Assembly (NCBI GenBank): GCA_951406725.2
Contig: OX597817.1
Coordinates: forward strand, 70,556,001 to 70,620,000
DNA length: 64,000 bases
Reading direction: 5' to 3'
Source of the DNA: Octopus vulgaris
Lineage: Eukaryota
Part shown: positions 1-12,775 of the stretch, one piece after another
Position numbering within the stretch: position 1 is the first letter of the stretch
Layout: each line of letters starts with the position of its first letter
Program-made: the position numbers and the translations under genes
The notes under the pieces: generated by a model
Database searches by the model: none
What the model was told of the DNA's origin: nothing
Seen by the model: the letters and a program-made list of their open reading frames with translations, nothing else

Positions 1-165
1 TAGTCAAAAGAATTCAGCCCAGTACTTGTTTTAAAACCTGTTATTTATTCTATCAGTTTCTCTTGTCAAGTTGCCAAGTTACAGGGATGTAAACATCCCA
101 ACACCAGTTGTCAAGCAGTGGTGGGGGTCAAATACAGACACAAAGACACACACACACATATATAT
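1..165 (-). mobile_element. SINE family A, diverged 3' half
   Basis: Matches the family A body (aagttacagggatgtaaaca...ccagttgtcaagc) seen in full copies such as 1165-1573; truncated by the window edge. Confidence 0.6.
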
Positions 166-194
166 CATCATCATCATCATATTGATATGTAATT

Positions 195-355
195 GCAAGC
201 TCCAAGGATCCAAGTGTAGGAAGTTAGTAAGTTTCAAGCAGTCTGTTGTAGGTATAAAAACAACTTTCAGGAACAATAATAGTTTATTGACATCGAAGGT
301 TGTAGGTTTTTTCCCATATAGAAGTTCGATAAGCTGAAAAAATTCTTTTATAATT
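195..355. repeat. Diverged single arm of the foldback repeat at 43630-44015
   Basis: gtgtaggaag...tctgttgta...aactttcaggaacaataatagtttattgacatcgaaggttg aligns by eye to the reverse complement of about 43850-44015. Confidence 0.6.
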
Positions 356-589
356 CATTGTTAGCAAAAAGGTTTGCTACGAATGCAAATAAAAATCCAA
401 ATTGAAGGAATGGATCAAGTAAAATCCAGGCTACATATGTTTCCTAGCTAGCAAGGAAACATCTGTAGCTCTATGGTAGCAATATATAGAAATCTATTGG
501 TGAATAAGAGTGATGACATTCTTGGAGAAACTCTAGGCATCAATCAGGATGAACAAGCTGGTCTATTTCAGTGAACTACAGGGACATGT

Positions 590-735
590 CTAACCATGGG
601 GAAATATTACCTTGCTTGAAAACAGGTGAGGGTTGGTGACAGTAAAGGTGTACAACCACTGAAAATCTGCCTCAACAAACTCGGTCTGACCCAAATAAGC
701 ATGGAGAAGTGGACGTTAAAATAATGATGATGCAT
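590..735 (+). mobile_element. RTE-tail repeat (family D) fragment
   Basis: Ends in gcatggagaagtggacgttaaaataatgatgatg, like the RTE 3' tail at 7040-7085; a similar copy lies at 965-1105. Confidence 0.55.
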
Positions 736-1164
736 ATGATAAGGGAACTCATATTTCATCACTGCTTTATGTGTGTTCACTTATTGTAAACAAAAGTATT
801 ACTGATAGGGCAGGTAATATTGCATGTAGTCCACTGCAAAAGAAGGTCCATGCTTCTTGACATGTGCAACATGTCAATATACATTTGTAAATAAAAGGCA
901 TATTCAAAGGATGTCATTTGTTTCCAATTCTCTGTGTGACTGTGATGACTTTTCATTGTTTGATAGACAATGGGATTATTTCTTTGCTTGAAAACAGATG
1001 AGGATTGGTGTCAGAAAGAGTATCAAGCAGCAGTAAACTCCACCCCAGTGTAGTCCTGTTTGACCCATGCTAGCAGTGGAAAAGTTGATGTCAAAATGAT
1101 GATGAGGAGGAGGGCAAGATAGTCAAATGGAGACTGGATTCAGAAATTTCAAAACCTGTAACTA

Positions 1165-1573
1165 CTCTCTCTTTACTCTTTTACATGTTTTAGTCATTTG
1201 AGTGTGGCCATGCTGGAGCACCGCCGTCAGTCGAGCAAATCGACCCCAGGACTTATTCTTTGTAAGCCTCGTACTTATTCTACCAGAATCTTTTGCCGAA
1301 CCGCGAAGTTACAGATACGTAAACACACCAGCATCGGTTGTCAAGCGATGTTGGGGGGACAAACACAGACACACAAACATACACACAAACACATACATAT
1401 ATATATACATATATCCGATGGACTTCTTTCAGTTTCCATCTACCAAATCCACTCACAAGGCTTTGGTCGGCCCGAGGCTATAGTAGAAGACACTTGCCCA
1501 AGGTGCCACGCAGTGGGACTGAACCCAGAACCATGTGGTTGGTTAGCAAGCTACTTACCACACAGCCACTCCT
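1165..1573 (-). mobile_element. SINE family A (tRNA-derived, CORE-like, internal microsatellite), full length
   Basis: Minus strand reads ggagtggctgtgtggtaag (A box), ggttcagtccc (B box), caccttgggcaagtgtctt, an internal (TA)/(TG) tract, ggcggtgctccagcatggcc and a (gtaaaaga)n tail; more than 20 copies in the window. Confidence 0.9.
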
Positions 1574-2169
1574 AAGGTATGAAACAAATAGAAGCTTGAA
1601 ATTTTTATGCTAATTTGTCATCACATAAAGCAAGATGTTAGCGAATATTTTCACGATTTTTGTCCCTGTGTAGCAACAGTTATTTCCCATTTGCTTACTC
1701 CTTGAAAGTATGAAAAATGGTTAATATTTCTTTCAAACTTTGCTTTTGTTACATTTATTCAAACTCCAAGGAATCCCTCTCAACACATGGCTATAATGCT
1801 CTCCACTATCCCTGCGCATGATCAGAGATGCACATATTGTCAACCGCTAAGGGACATGATCAAGTAGTTAAGATCAAGCAACCGACAAAGAAATCTGTGA
1901 TATTGAGCAGAATATTTGCTATAATGATATTTCTGCTTCAGTAACTTGGTGCTGAATCTGTCTGAAATCTAATGGAGAATAGGTCAATTTCAAAACACTG
2001 ATGTCCAGGTCACAAAAGCAAAATGTGAAGGGAATAGTAGTCATTTACTTTGATTTTTAGATAGAAGCTAATAGGAAATAACACTTACTGACCGAAGTAA
2101 AAAAAAAAAAAAATTAAAATATTGTTACAAAATGTAATTATTGACTGATTATAGAAATGTGAGCTTGCC

Positions 2170-2880
2170 CTCATTGCTTGTCTATGTTTATAGACATCAA
2201 TGTCTTCCTAATGGTGAGTTGTTACATTAGACTTCTCCTCAACAATATCCCACATCCAGAAGTTAAATATATTTAGATCTGTTGAGTCAGGCATTCTTAG
2301 TGACAAACAGTAGAAGTTTGACATTGAAATAATCCTGTTTGTGTAGGGTGGCGAGCTGGCAGAAACGTTAGCGTGCCGGGCGAAATGCGTAGCCGTATTT
2401 TGTCTGTCGTTACGTTCTGAGTTCAAATTCCGCCGAGGTCGACTTTGCCTTTCATCCTTTCGGGATCGATAAATTAAGTACCAGTTACGCACTGGGGTTG
2501 ATGTAATCGACTTAATTCGTTTGTCTGTCCTTGTTTGTCCCCTCTATGTTTAGCCCCTTGTGGGGAATAAAGAAACAAATAATCCTGTTTAGGTTTTGAA
2601 TTCTATGCTAGTACAGAGTCTTGAATGAACATAACCTTACTCAGATCATGTTTTGTAATAGAACTTTATCAAAGGCATCCAAGTAATCAGCTCTTTTAAA
2701 GTTAAGATCCATATGAAATGAGATTATACATATTTCATTTGCATCTGCTCCAAGCACTATATTTGTAGAAATTTGGGAAGGCTAGAATGCCCATAATTCT
2801 GCATTTGTAGCAAACTGATGACTTGGTTGACAACAAATTTCTTTACGCTACAAAAATACTCATTTTCCCTCCCATGTGAT
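2170..2880 (-). pseudogene. Decayed DD37D/mariner-type transposase fragment interrupted by a SINE
   Basis: Minus translation PDSTDLNIFNFWMWDIVEEKSN resembles the SPDLNPLDYxVW motif; stops and frameshifts present. Confidence 0.55.
2341..2576 (+). mobile_element. SINE family B with 14-bp target-site duplication
   Basis: ggcgagctggcagaaacgttagc...gagttcaaattccgccgaggtcgactttgcctttcatcctttcgg; aaataatcctgttt at both 2327-2340 and 2577-2590. Confidence 0.9.
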
Positions 2881-3399
2881 TTAAGTAATTAAAAAGTTAA
2901 GGCGGGGGAGGCACTCTTTCAGCCCAAATAGCTTTAGAATACTTTAACATCTGTAAATATATGACTTCATGCTTAACTCATTCTTCACATTCATAGTTAT
3001 CATTCTGCAACACACACTATGGGATTTTGGCTACAAGTTTGGTCATTATTGGTGGGTAGAGATCTATTTCGGATAATTTTAAAACAGTCAGAAAGGTGCT
3101 GAGATCATGCTTGCAATTTTTGCAAATACAGAGAGATGAATGGAAAAGATCTCCTGTAGCTTTAGGTTTAGTTAAAATGTAGTATAAACTATTGCCTTTG
3201 CATAGCCTGTGTCAGCTATGATGTTATGAAAGCTATATTCCATGTAGTTCATTTCACCAATATTTCATTGAAGTTATTCCATAGTTCATGAACAATCTAT
3301 CACAACCCCAAACATGCAAAATATTAGTTTTTATACCACAAAGTGTTTTGATATTAGTTTCCCTATCCTGCACACATACACACACATATATACATTTAT

Positions 3400-3850
3400 C
3401 TATCTATCTATATAAAAATTTGCTTGCTTGTTGACCCATTATATATTAGTTTGAGAGGTGGAGTAAGAGTGAGAGAGAAAGGAGTGAAGAAAGGAGAAAG
3501 AAGTAGAGAAAGGTGATTAATATTAATACACTTAGGCTGAATGGTCATGTGGTCAGCTGAAGGTAGAGGTGAAGAACGAGAGAAAAAGATGATGAGAGAA
3601 AAAGAAGGAGAGAGAAGTGTTAACAATGTGCAGTGAAGTGGGGAAGGAATACTTATTAAGTGGTTAGAAAGTTAGCTGAAGAGAAAGGAAGAGAGAGATG
3701 GATAGGGGAAGCAGTTATATTGAGAGAGAGAGGGGGAGCGAGAGAGAAGATAGCAGTGATGGTGGTGTGTTGATATTGAAAAGTATATTTTTTTTATTGA
3801 ACTAATTTTTTATAGCAGCCATCGCATAAGTGCAATTATCGTCTGCTGGC
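3400..3850 (+). repeat. GA-rich repeat, possibly a non-autonomous Helitron-like element
   Basis: Starts tctatataaaaa, purine-rich body, ends in a degenerate ctgctgg. Confidence 0.3.
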
Positions 3851-4409
3851 TTAAAAAATTGATATTTGTTTATAAGGGTTAATTTAGCCTAAACTCTTGA
3901 TTCACAACAAACACGGTTCCAAGCTGCCTGAGAAAGGATGCGCAGATATAGAGCACGGATCAGAGACAAACAGTGAGGAGATATAATAAGAAGGGGAAAA
4001 AGACAACACTGATGGAGACATGAGGAAATGTATGTCGATGAACGACAAGAATATTTAAAGAAAGCTAAACTATGAACACTGTAAAAATGCAAATCATCCT
4101 TTCTTTCTTAAATAGGTCTTCTTAATTTTTTCCATTCTATGGAATTTCCATGGGTCCTACTGGTATATATATATATATATATATGATAGATTTTCCTACT
4201 AGAGACAACATATGAGTGTTCAGCATGAAGACAGAAGATAGAATAAAAAATCAGTAAGAAACAACAAAAGCCAATTAGACATACACAGTGAATATATTAG
4301 AATGATACTCGGTGAAAATTTTAGATGGGAAAATGGAAACGATATTTCAAGCATATATAAAAATGTACGTCCGGATACATACATATACAGTGATGGTTTT
4401 TTACTAACA

Positions 4410-4690
4410 TAATGTGGCAGTCCCAGGAAAGGGAAGAATGCTACTGCTATTTAGCCCCAAGCGTTCTGTGTCCTTAAGTTTTCAAAGAGAGGAGATAAGC
4501 ACCTCCACCCAACAAAGCCAGCATTCAGAGACTAGTTTCAGGGTAATTGATCTTCATCAGTCTGGAGTAGCTTGTCTTTGCTAGCTGTCGGTGCTAAATC
4601 GCTGTTGAAAACTTATAGAATTTCAAGTGAAATAAATTCACTGATCTACAAAATCGGAAATATCGTATTTCTAAATCTCTCAGTGAGAGT
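4410..4690 (-). mobile_element. Short non-coding Penelope pLTR/retrozyme-like repeat
   Basis: Shares gctactg...tagcccca and the hammerhead block with 14875-15200. Confidence 0.55.
4525..4565 (-). ncRNA. Minimal type I hammerhead ribozyme motif
   Basis: Minus strand caga-CTGATGA-agatcaattaccct-GAAAC-ta-GTC-tctg: stem I caga/tctg, palindromic stem III actagt, GUC cleavage triplet; stem II weak. Confidence 0.7.
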
Positions 4691-4724
4691 TATGCAGTAG
4701 CAGCACGATAAAGTGATGGTTTGT

Positions 4725-5324
4725 TGCCCTCCTCGGTTTGCTGCCATAATCCTTGTCTTCAGTTCATCTTTGTTGGTCTTTCATTCAACTGTGCCCCACA
4801 CATACTAACCAAGGAGGTTGTAGTCTGGGGAGTTAGATGGACAGATGTTAGGGGTGATGTGGTGGCAGAAATCGTCTGACAGCTATGATTGGGTTTTCCT
4901 GCTTGTGTGGCATGGTCCAGAGTCCTGTTGCCAGAGATAGGGTCTTTCAGCAGCCACCCTCTTGAACCAGGGTAGCACTACCTCCTCCAAGCACTTGATA
5001 TAGGCCTCCATGTTGAGTCTGAGGCCATGTGGAAAGGTGAATGGAGACATAACGTTGCCATCACTCCAAACACCATGTTGCCTGGATGTTTGATTTTTAT
5101 CACTCTCGGATTATGTTCTTATTGGAGCTTCTGGCACGAATGCCAAGCAGTACAGCACGTTATTTCCAAATTTCTGACAGAGTGAATTGCATTATGGTGG
5201 TGTTTTTCTCACAGATGGTGCCCAACTGACTCTACTATACTGTGTAGTTGACAAAATCAAAAGCAATGCGTATGCATGAAATTATAAATATAAAGTGGCA
5301 ACAATTTACCTATCACACCCTGTA
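4725..5324 (-). mobile_element. DD37D (maT-like) Tc1/mariner relic with one end intact
   Basis: Minus translation FPHGLRLNMEAYIKCLEEVVLPWFKRVAAERPYLWQQDSGPCHTSRKTQ...NSPDYNLLG*YVWG; terminus TA-cagggtgtgatagg at about 5324. Confidence 0.8.
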
Positions 5325-5333
5325 TGTGTATGC

Positions 5334-5383
<50 letters not shown>

Positions 5384-6228
5384 GAATGAAATTAACATTA
5401 TCTTAGCTGCCAGAAAAACAAATTTGACAACCGATATTCGTTTAGAGAGGATACTAGCAACAACTTTGATATAACAATGGGATCAGCTGATTTGGCACAT
5501 ATCACCAATTTAGTGGATATATATATTTTATTCAACTTTAGAGATTTTCCTGAACTTGTCAGGTGGGGCTCTGTATAGGGATGAAATGTTTTTACCCTTA
5601 GAAACCTATCTAATAGGAAACTGGAATTATATAAAAAGAAATTTCATAAATTCTTTAAAAACAATAGTCTATCCATTAATATTGAAAATTAACATAATTC
5701 AGTCAACTTCTTAGATGAGAACCTAAACTTTGGTACGGTGAAGCATAAACCCTACCATAAACCTAATACCAATCTAAGGTATAAAAATGTTTGAAGTAAT
5801 CATCCTAGATCTGTCACAAATTCTTTAGTCTGGAATATTTCAAGAAAAATTTTGTATCATCAAATGAGGACATTTTTAACAATAATATAGATTATTATAA
5901 CTTGGCATAGGAAGGCTGTTTATAAACAAAAATTAAAATATTACAAATTGAGTAATAGCTACAATATACGAATATCTTGGATAAGACGGTAAGTGACCAA
6001 AAATCTAAATACTCAAGGAAGAATAGGCATTATGGTTTTAATAAATATACACTAAATAACAATAAAATATTACACTCCGGAATTAGTGAACAAAACTTGT
6101 ACAGTATGAATGATAATAATACAGAGCAAGTAAATCTAAAATTTAATCATAAAAGCAAAGGACCTGAAGCTATGTATTATAACATCTATATAACAGTAAT
6201 GATTATGAATACATATTTATTAATTATG

Positions 6229-7085
6229 AGGGAACCTGTGGAAGAGGTAGACCCAGGAAAACCTGGGACGAGGTGGTGAAGAATGACCTTCACGCTTTAG
6301 GTCTCACTGAGGAAATGACCAGAGACAGAGACCTTTGGAAGTATGCTGTGCGCGAGAAGACCCGGCAGGACACGTGAGGCCATAACCCATGGCCCCTACC
6401 TGGGACGTAGTCAGTCCACCTGTGCATACCTTCCTTCTTGGGACACTTGTGAAGACCTGTTGAGGCAAGTGAAAATCAAATCAAATCAAAATCGATGAAC
6501 ATCAATGGAATTTGTATTTTTGTGGTACCAGTGCCGGTGGCACATAAGAAAACCATCCAAACATGGCCGTAGCCAGTACCGCATCGACTGGCCTCCGTGC
6601 TGTGGGCACGTAACAAATACCATCCGATCGTGGCCGTGACAGCCTCGCCTGGCTTCCGTGCCGGTGGCACGTAAAAAGCATCAGACGAGGCTGGCGAACA
6701 GCCACGCTCAGATGATGCTTTTTACGTGCATCATCCGAGCGTGGCCGTTCGCCAGCCTCGTCTGGCATCTGTGTCGGTGGCACATAAAAAACACCATCCG
6801 AGCGTGGCCGTTCGCCAGCCTCGTCTGGCACCTGTGTCGGTGGCACATAAAAAGCACCATCCGAGTGTGGCCGTTCGCCAGCCTCGTCTGGCACCTGTGT
6901 CGGTGGCACAAAAAAAGCACCCACTACACTCACGGAGTGGTTGGCGTTAGGAAGGGCATCCAGCTGTAGAAACTCTGCCAGAACTGACTGGCCTGGTGCA
7001 GCCTTCGGGCTTCCCAGACCCCAGTTGAACCATCCAACCCATGCTAGCATGGAAAGCGGATGTTAAATGATGATGATGATGATGA
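6229..7085 (+). mobile_element. 5'-truncated RTE-clade LINE (ORF C-terminus plus 3' UTR)
   Basis: GRGRPRKTWDEVVKNDLHALGLTEEMTRDRDLWKYAVREKTRQDT* ends at 6377; the 3' UTR has roughly 63-bp tandem units and a (GAT)n tail. Confidence 0.85.
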
Positions 7086-7207
7086 AATAAGAAAAATAGA
7101 GTTAAAAATCAATAAAGCAGTCGGTACCCAAAGCCTTGATAATAAAATTCATAAAAATAAAACTAAACAGCATACCCATTTATGAATATAAACCAGAAAT
7201 TTTTTTT

Positions 7208-7411
7208 CTTTTTCTTTTATTTGTTTCAACCATTTGAGTGCAGCCATGCTGGAGCACTGGCTTTAGTCGAGCAAATCAACTCCAGGACTTATTCTTTGTA
7301 AGACTAGTACTTATTCTATCAGTCTCTTTTGCTGAACCGCTAAGTGATGGGGACATAAAGACACCAGCATCAGTTGTCAAGCGATGTTGGGGGTCAAACA
7401 CAGATACACAA

Positions 7412-7452
<41 letters not shown>

Positions 7453-7611
7453 CGACAGGCTTCTTTCAGTTTCTGTCTACCAAATCTACTCACAAGGCTT
7501 TGGTCGGCCCGAGGCTATAATAGAAGACACTTGCCCAAGATGCTATGCAGTAGGACTGAACCCAGAACAATGGGGTTGGTAAGCAAGCTAGTTACCACAC
7601 AGCCACTCCTG
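7208..7611 (-). mobile_element. SINE family A, full length, inside the Penelope element
   Basis: Collinear with 1165-1573. Confidence 0.9.
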
Positions 7612-8616
7612 AGATAATTTTAATAAAATTTCTAATAAAAACAATATTATATGGTTAATAATACCATTTGCTAAACAAGTTAAAAGTAATTTAATTAAAT
7701 TTTTTAATAGAATTATTTCCAAATATTTTATTGAAGAAAATAAGTACTATGAGATAATTAACATGGAATTAGTTAAATTTGTTTTTTCCATCTCAATGTT
7801 TCTTAGTTTATTTATTTACTAAATGACAAAAAAACTGAACAGTTTCTATAACAATAGAAATATGTGCTATGATAATATCTAAGCAACCAGAATAATTCCC
7901 AATTCTAATAAGCAAGAAATTAGATCTCCAAGTGAAGAAAGGGAGATAACCCACATATTCTCCAATTTTAACCATGGAATTATAAGGGAAAAAAATTAAC
8001 ACTATGGACAAGATTAATTTTGACTACAGATTTATAGGGAAGGACAAAAATACTGTGATTGCAAATTTAAAGATAACTGTTGGCTTAATAATTTTTGCCA
8101 ACAGAAAGGTGTGGTATATAGAGGCAAAATAGAATCTGAGACTAAATTATTATTACATAGGTTCCATGGCAAATTTTATTAAGCGAAGAATCAGCAACCA
8201 TGAAAACACATTTAGAAACAAAAATAAATCAATCAGCACCAGTCCAAGCAAATTTATTTGGCAATTAAAGGACGAAAATAAGGATTTTAACCCCAAGTGA
8301 GAAACCATCAGCCATGTTAGATCCTATAAAGTAGCCAATACCTGTTATGATCTTTCTATTAATGAAATCTTCCAGATTTTAAAATCTAAGCACAAAATTC
8401 TTAACTGTAGGCATGATAAATGTTTAACATGGATGCACTCATATAAATTCGTATTTAAAAACTACAAATAAAATTAAAATAATGTAAAATAATAGGATAA
8501 AATATAAATTGGATAATTTAATAGATATAAATACATATTATAAAGTATAATTACAATAATATTATATTAAGTTATGTGGAATAAAATATGAAATAATTAA
8601 TTTTCAGATATAATCA

Positions 8617-8647
<31 letters not shown>

Positions 8648-9094
8648 TTTTGTTGAATGATAAAATTGTTTGCAACACATATTTTGATGATGTAGAATAC
8701 AATAGCATACCTGTAGTAAGTTATGTAATTTCTAACACTATCACATGATCAAACATATTACCATACATATGCACACAAAAAAAAACAAAAGCAGATACAC
8801 AATGTTTTTTTTTAATATTAACGTGCATACATGCAAATAAATTTAATACAGACACACAAATACAAATAAATAAAAGACATAGATATATAATGTTTTTTTT
8901 TTAAATATTAATATGCACATGCACAAACATTATTGATATATTGAGTCTGTTGATGATCACACGGTCACTTATGATGTGATTTTTTTTTGTGTCTAATTCT
9001 CACCCTGAGGAAATATTTAACTTGGTATTTAACAATCCCCCTGCACAGCACCAGGAGAAAGTGTTTTCTACTGTAGCTCTGGGCTACCTTAAAA

Positions 9095-9345
9095 GGTGCC
9101 TACTCAAGTCATGCTGACTCATAAGGGCTAGTTTCCCAGTTTCCATGGCATATATATATTCCCAACCAGGACGGGATGCCAGTCTATCACAGGATCACTC
9201 ATTTTTGCCAGCTGAGTAGACTGAAGCAACATGAAATGCAGGATTTTGCTCAAGAACACAACACGTCGCCCAGTCCAGGAATCGAAACCACCATCTTACA
9301 ATCACGAGTCCAACACCCTAATCACTAAGCCACATGCCTCCACTC
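9095..9345 (-). mobile_element. SINE family C-related element with an alternative tail
   Basis: Minus ggcatgtggcttagtgattaggg...gtttcgattcc...gtgttcttgagcaa shares its head with 48999-49320. Confidence 0.7.
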
Positions 9346-9659
9346 TGGGCCGACTAATACTTTGTGAGTAGATTTTAGGAAATTGAAAGAAGCTTGATAT
9401 ATGTATGTGCGTGTGTGTATGTGTTATTTTCTTGCTTTCACATAGCAAGATAGTTGTAAACAAGTGTCAGAATCCATGCAAGCAAAGTCCTTCCATGAAA
9501 AAATGTCTGGTCATAGGTAAACATTACCTTACTTGGAAATAAGTGAGGATTGGTAGCAGGTTGTCAAATACTTGCCCCAGTAAATTCCAGCTGACCCATG
9601 CAATGGAAATGAAGGACATTGCTTGCAGGATGATGACACTTGTTTACGACTATCATGCA

Positions 9660-9694
9660 ATGTGGAGGCACAGAAACAGTAACACACATACATT

Positions 9695-9742
<48 letters not shown>

Positions 9743-9900
9743 CAGAGTTCTTTCAGTTTCTGTCCACCAAGTCAACTCAGAAGGCTTTAGTTGGTCCAGG
9801 GCTACATTAAAAGACAATTGCCCAAGGTGCCTCCACAGTGGGACTGAACCAAGAACCATGTGGCTTGAAAGCAAACATTTTATCACACACCACATCTGCA
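9660..9900 (-). mobile_element. SINE family A, diverged 5' half
   Basis: ttctttcagtttctgtccacca...gcccaaggtgcc...cagtgggactgaacc. Confidence 0.7.
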
Positions 9901-10474
9901 TCATATAATGTTTACACATATAATATCATGTCAATGACAACAGACCAAAAGAAAAAAAATACTAGGGCTGTCTATTCTACTATTTTTGACATAGTTCAGC
10001 AACAAGATTGATTTTATTTCCACAGGTGGTTTACTTTGTGACTCACTGTTTAAATTATTTTAAGAATTAGAGAAATTTCAAGAAATAAAGATAATAATAT
10101 ATTATTATGTTCAATAATAGCTACAAAAGAAATGTAACTAAATTCACATTTACTTAATCCAGTATTCTTATTAAATGTGCTTGAATTAGATATGTATCAT
10201 TTACACAAATTAATACGATATACTATAAATATTTGAATGCCTGACTGTACGACAGTGCATTAGACAGTGGAATGCTACTGAAGTATTGGGAAACAATTTC
10301 ATTTCTTATATCAAAGATAATGTTTCAAGAGAAATGCAATAGCATTCTGTTGAACTAAATATGGCTTCATTAAGAACAATTCTGAACCATTTAGAACTAA
10401 TTTCCAGTCTGTGTAATACCAGATATTTTGCTAGTATGTATGTATATGTGTATGTATATATATATATATATCAT

Positions 10475-10815
10475 CATTATCATCATCATCGTTTAATCTC
10501 CGCTTTCCATGCTAGCATGGGTTGGACGATTTGAATGAGGTCTGGCGAACCAGATGGCTGCACCAGACTTCACTCTGATCTGGCTGCACCAGACTTCACT
10601 CTGATCTACAGCTGGATGCCATTCCTAACGTCAAGCACTCCAAGAGTGTAGTGGGTGCTTTTACGTACCACCGGCATGAGGGCCAGTCAGGCTGTACTGG
10701 CAATGGCCACACTCAAATGGTGCTTTTTATGTGCCACCTGCACAGGAGCCAGTCCAGCAGCACTGGCAACGACGTTGCTCGAATGTTTTTTCCTGTGCCA
10801 TCAGCACAAGTGCCA
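10475..10815 (-). mobile_element. RTE 3' UTR-derived repeat (family D)
   Basis: Reverse complement of the 6900-7085 tail (catcatcgtttaatctccgctttccatgctagcatgggttgg); internal 26-bp tandem duplication at about 10556-10608. Confidence 0.8.
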
Positions 10816-10851
<36 letters not shown>

Positions 10852-11129
10852 AGAGGGGTAGAGAGAGAGACATTTTACAAAGATATGCAATATATATATA
10901 TATATATATATCATCATTGTTTTTATATCCACTTTTGTATGCCTGCTAGGTCAAATGGAATATATTACAGGAGATTTTTCAAGAGCCAGATACTCTTCCT
11001 GTCACTACCCATCACCTGTTCCAACTGGGTAATAATTCCTGAAGCCCAGAGATGTTTCCATGGAAGACTGGAAATAAAAGACACTGCTTGCACAACAGTG
11101 ACACTTGTTTACAACTACTAAGCAAAATC

Positions 11130-11350
11130 AAGACAAAGAGACAGTAACACACACATACACAAGCATATATACATGTATGACAGGCTTCTTTCAGTTTCTG
11201 TTTACCAAATCCACCCACAAGGTTTTAGTTTTGGCTTGGCCCAGGGCAATATTATAAGTCACTTGGCCAAGGTACCACTGAGTGGAACTGAAGCAACAAA
11301 TATATGACTAAGAAGAACAAACTTCATGCCACAGAGCCACACCTGCACCT
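11130..11350 (-). mobile_element. SINE family A, diverged 5' half
   Basis: gacaggcttctttcagtttctgtttaccaaatccacccacaagg. Confidence 0.7.
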
Positions 11351-11517
11351 CCGTTTACCACACAGCCACATCCCATAGATTTGATGGAGAGAGTGAGCTG
11401 ATGTGTGGCACAAACATTTCATCACTATAAACAACTCATATGTGCAGGTCATTCAGCAAAAGCTCATTTGTCGTCTTCAACAGGAGAGTCCATCATCATA
11501 TATACATAATCATATAC

Positions 11518-11572
<55 letters not shown>

Positions 11573-11644
11573 TATATATATATATATATGAATAAATATA
11601 ACTATATAAATGTGCATGTGTGTGTGCGTGTGTAAATGTATATA

Positions 11645-11866
11645 TTCTTTTACACGTTTCAGTCATCTGACTGTGGTTATGCTGGAGCACCACCTTCAGG
11701 GATTTTAGCCAAACAAATTGACCCCAGGACTTTTTTTAAGCCTGGCACTTATTCTATCAATCTCCTTTGCTGAACCACTAAGTTACAGGGATGTAAACGC
11801 ACCAACACCAGTTGTCAAGCAGTGACGGGGGTGGGGACAAACACAGACACAAAGTCACACACACAT

Positions 11867-11905
<39 letters not shown>
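11645..11905 (-). mobile_element. SINE family A, 3' half
   Basis: tttcagtcatctgactgtggttatgctggagcaccacc...ccagttgtcaagc. Confidence 0.75.
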
Positions 11906-11909
11906 ACGG

Positions 11910-12775
11910 GCTGTGTATCATAATTTTGAAATATCTATAAAACCCTCATTTTTATGTTTTTCCTGATTTATTATTACCGTTGCTTAATATGTATTGCTAA
12001 AATTGCAGTTTCTTTTCAGATATCATCAGAAAAAGGTAATTAAAATTCATTAAAATAACAGATCTATCGCACTTTCAAAGAGGTCAAATTGTTGGTGCTC
12101 ATATGACAGGTGCTAGTATAACGAAATGTTTTGGTGTATCAGGAAGTACTGTCTCAAAAGTAATGACAGCCTTTGCGAAAGAGGGAAAAACCTCCTCATC
12201 AAAACACAACTCCAGAAGAAAATGCTTACATGAATTGTTAGAAAGGATCACAAAAGTATAGCTCCTAAAATTACTGCAGAGTTTAATGACCACCTCGAGA
12301 ACCCAGTTTCCAAAAAAACTGTTAGCTGGGAGCTGCACAAAGCTGGATTTCACAGGAGGGCTGCAATCAGAAAACCACTACTTTCAGAAACAAACATTGC
12401 AAAGTGTTTAGAGTGGAGTAAAAACCTACAGAATAGAGCAGTGGAAGAATGTTATTTTCTCGGATGAGTCATCCTTTACCTTATTTCCGACCACTGGCCG
12501 AGTCTACATATGTGTGGAGACAGCCAAAAGAAGCAAGTGACCCAGATTGCCTTCTTCCAACTGTTAAACATGGATGAGGATCTGTGATGATCGGAGGGCG
12601 GGGGCTATATCTTAGAAATCCGCTGGCTTCCCTTCATGGCAGAAATAATAGTCAAGACTATTTAAGCAATTTATCTGATCAAATTCGACTTATGGCTGCA
12701 GAACTGTTTCCGGAGGGAAACACAATCTTTCAGGATGATAATGCACATTACAAAACACAGCTAAAAAATGATGCA
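11910..12775 (+). mobile_element. Tc1-family transposon relic (transposase pseudogene)
   Basis: DLSHFQRGQIVGA..FGVSGSTVSKVMTAF..GKT..IRKPLLS..WKNVIFSDESSF..PTVKHG*GSVMI..IFQDDNAH: paired-like HTH plus the first two catalytic aspartates; frameshifted and 3' truncated. Confidence 0.9.

Larger units (their letters stand above)
5390..8471 (+). mobile_element. Decayed Penelope-like element (RT + GIY-YIG endonuclease) with nested RTE and SINE insertions
   Basis: NFDITMGSAD..LV.IYIL and LYRD (5460-5590); VNFLD..KPYHKPN..SNHP (5700-5810); NNIIWLIIPFAKQVK (7640); CDCKFKDNC..C.QKGVVY..YYIG..RISNH..F..SKFIWQLKD (8050-8280). These are PLE RT/GIY-YIG motifs, with stops and frameshifts. Confidence 0.85.

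Noticed and set aside
1198-1613. Recurrent ORFs (FGRPEAIVEDTCPRCHAVGLNPEP; RLWSARGYSRRHLPK) that look like a gene family
   Set aside because: Antisense translations of SINE family A, often mis-annotated as proteins
6502-7050. 182-aa ORF with 21-aa repeats; spaced repeats superficially like a CRISPR array
   Set aside because: 63-bp tandem units in an RTE 3' UTR; no unique spacers, no cas genes, eukaryotic context
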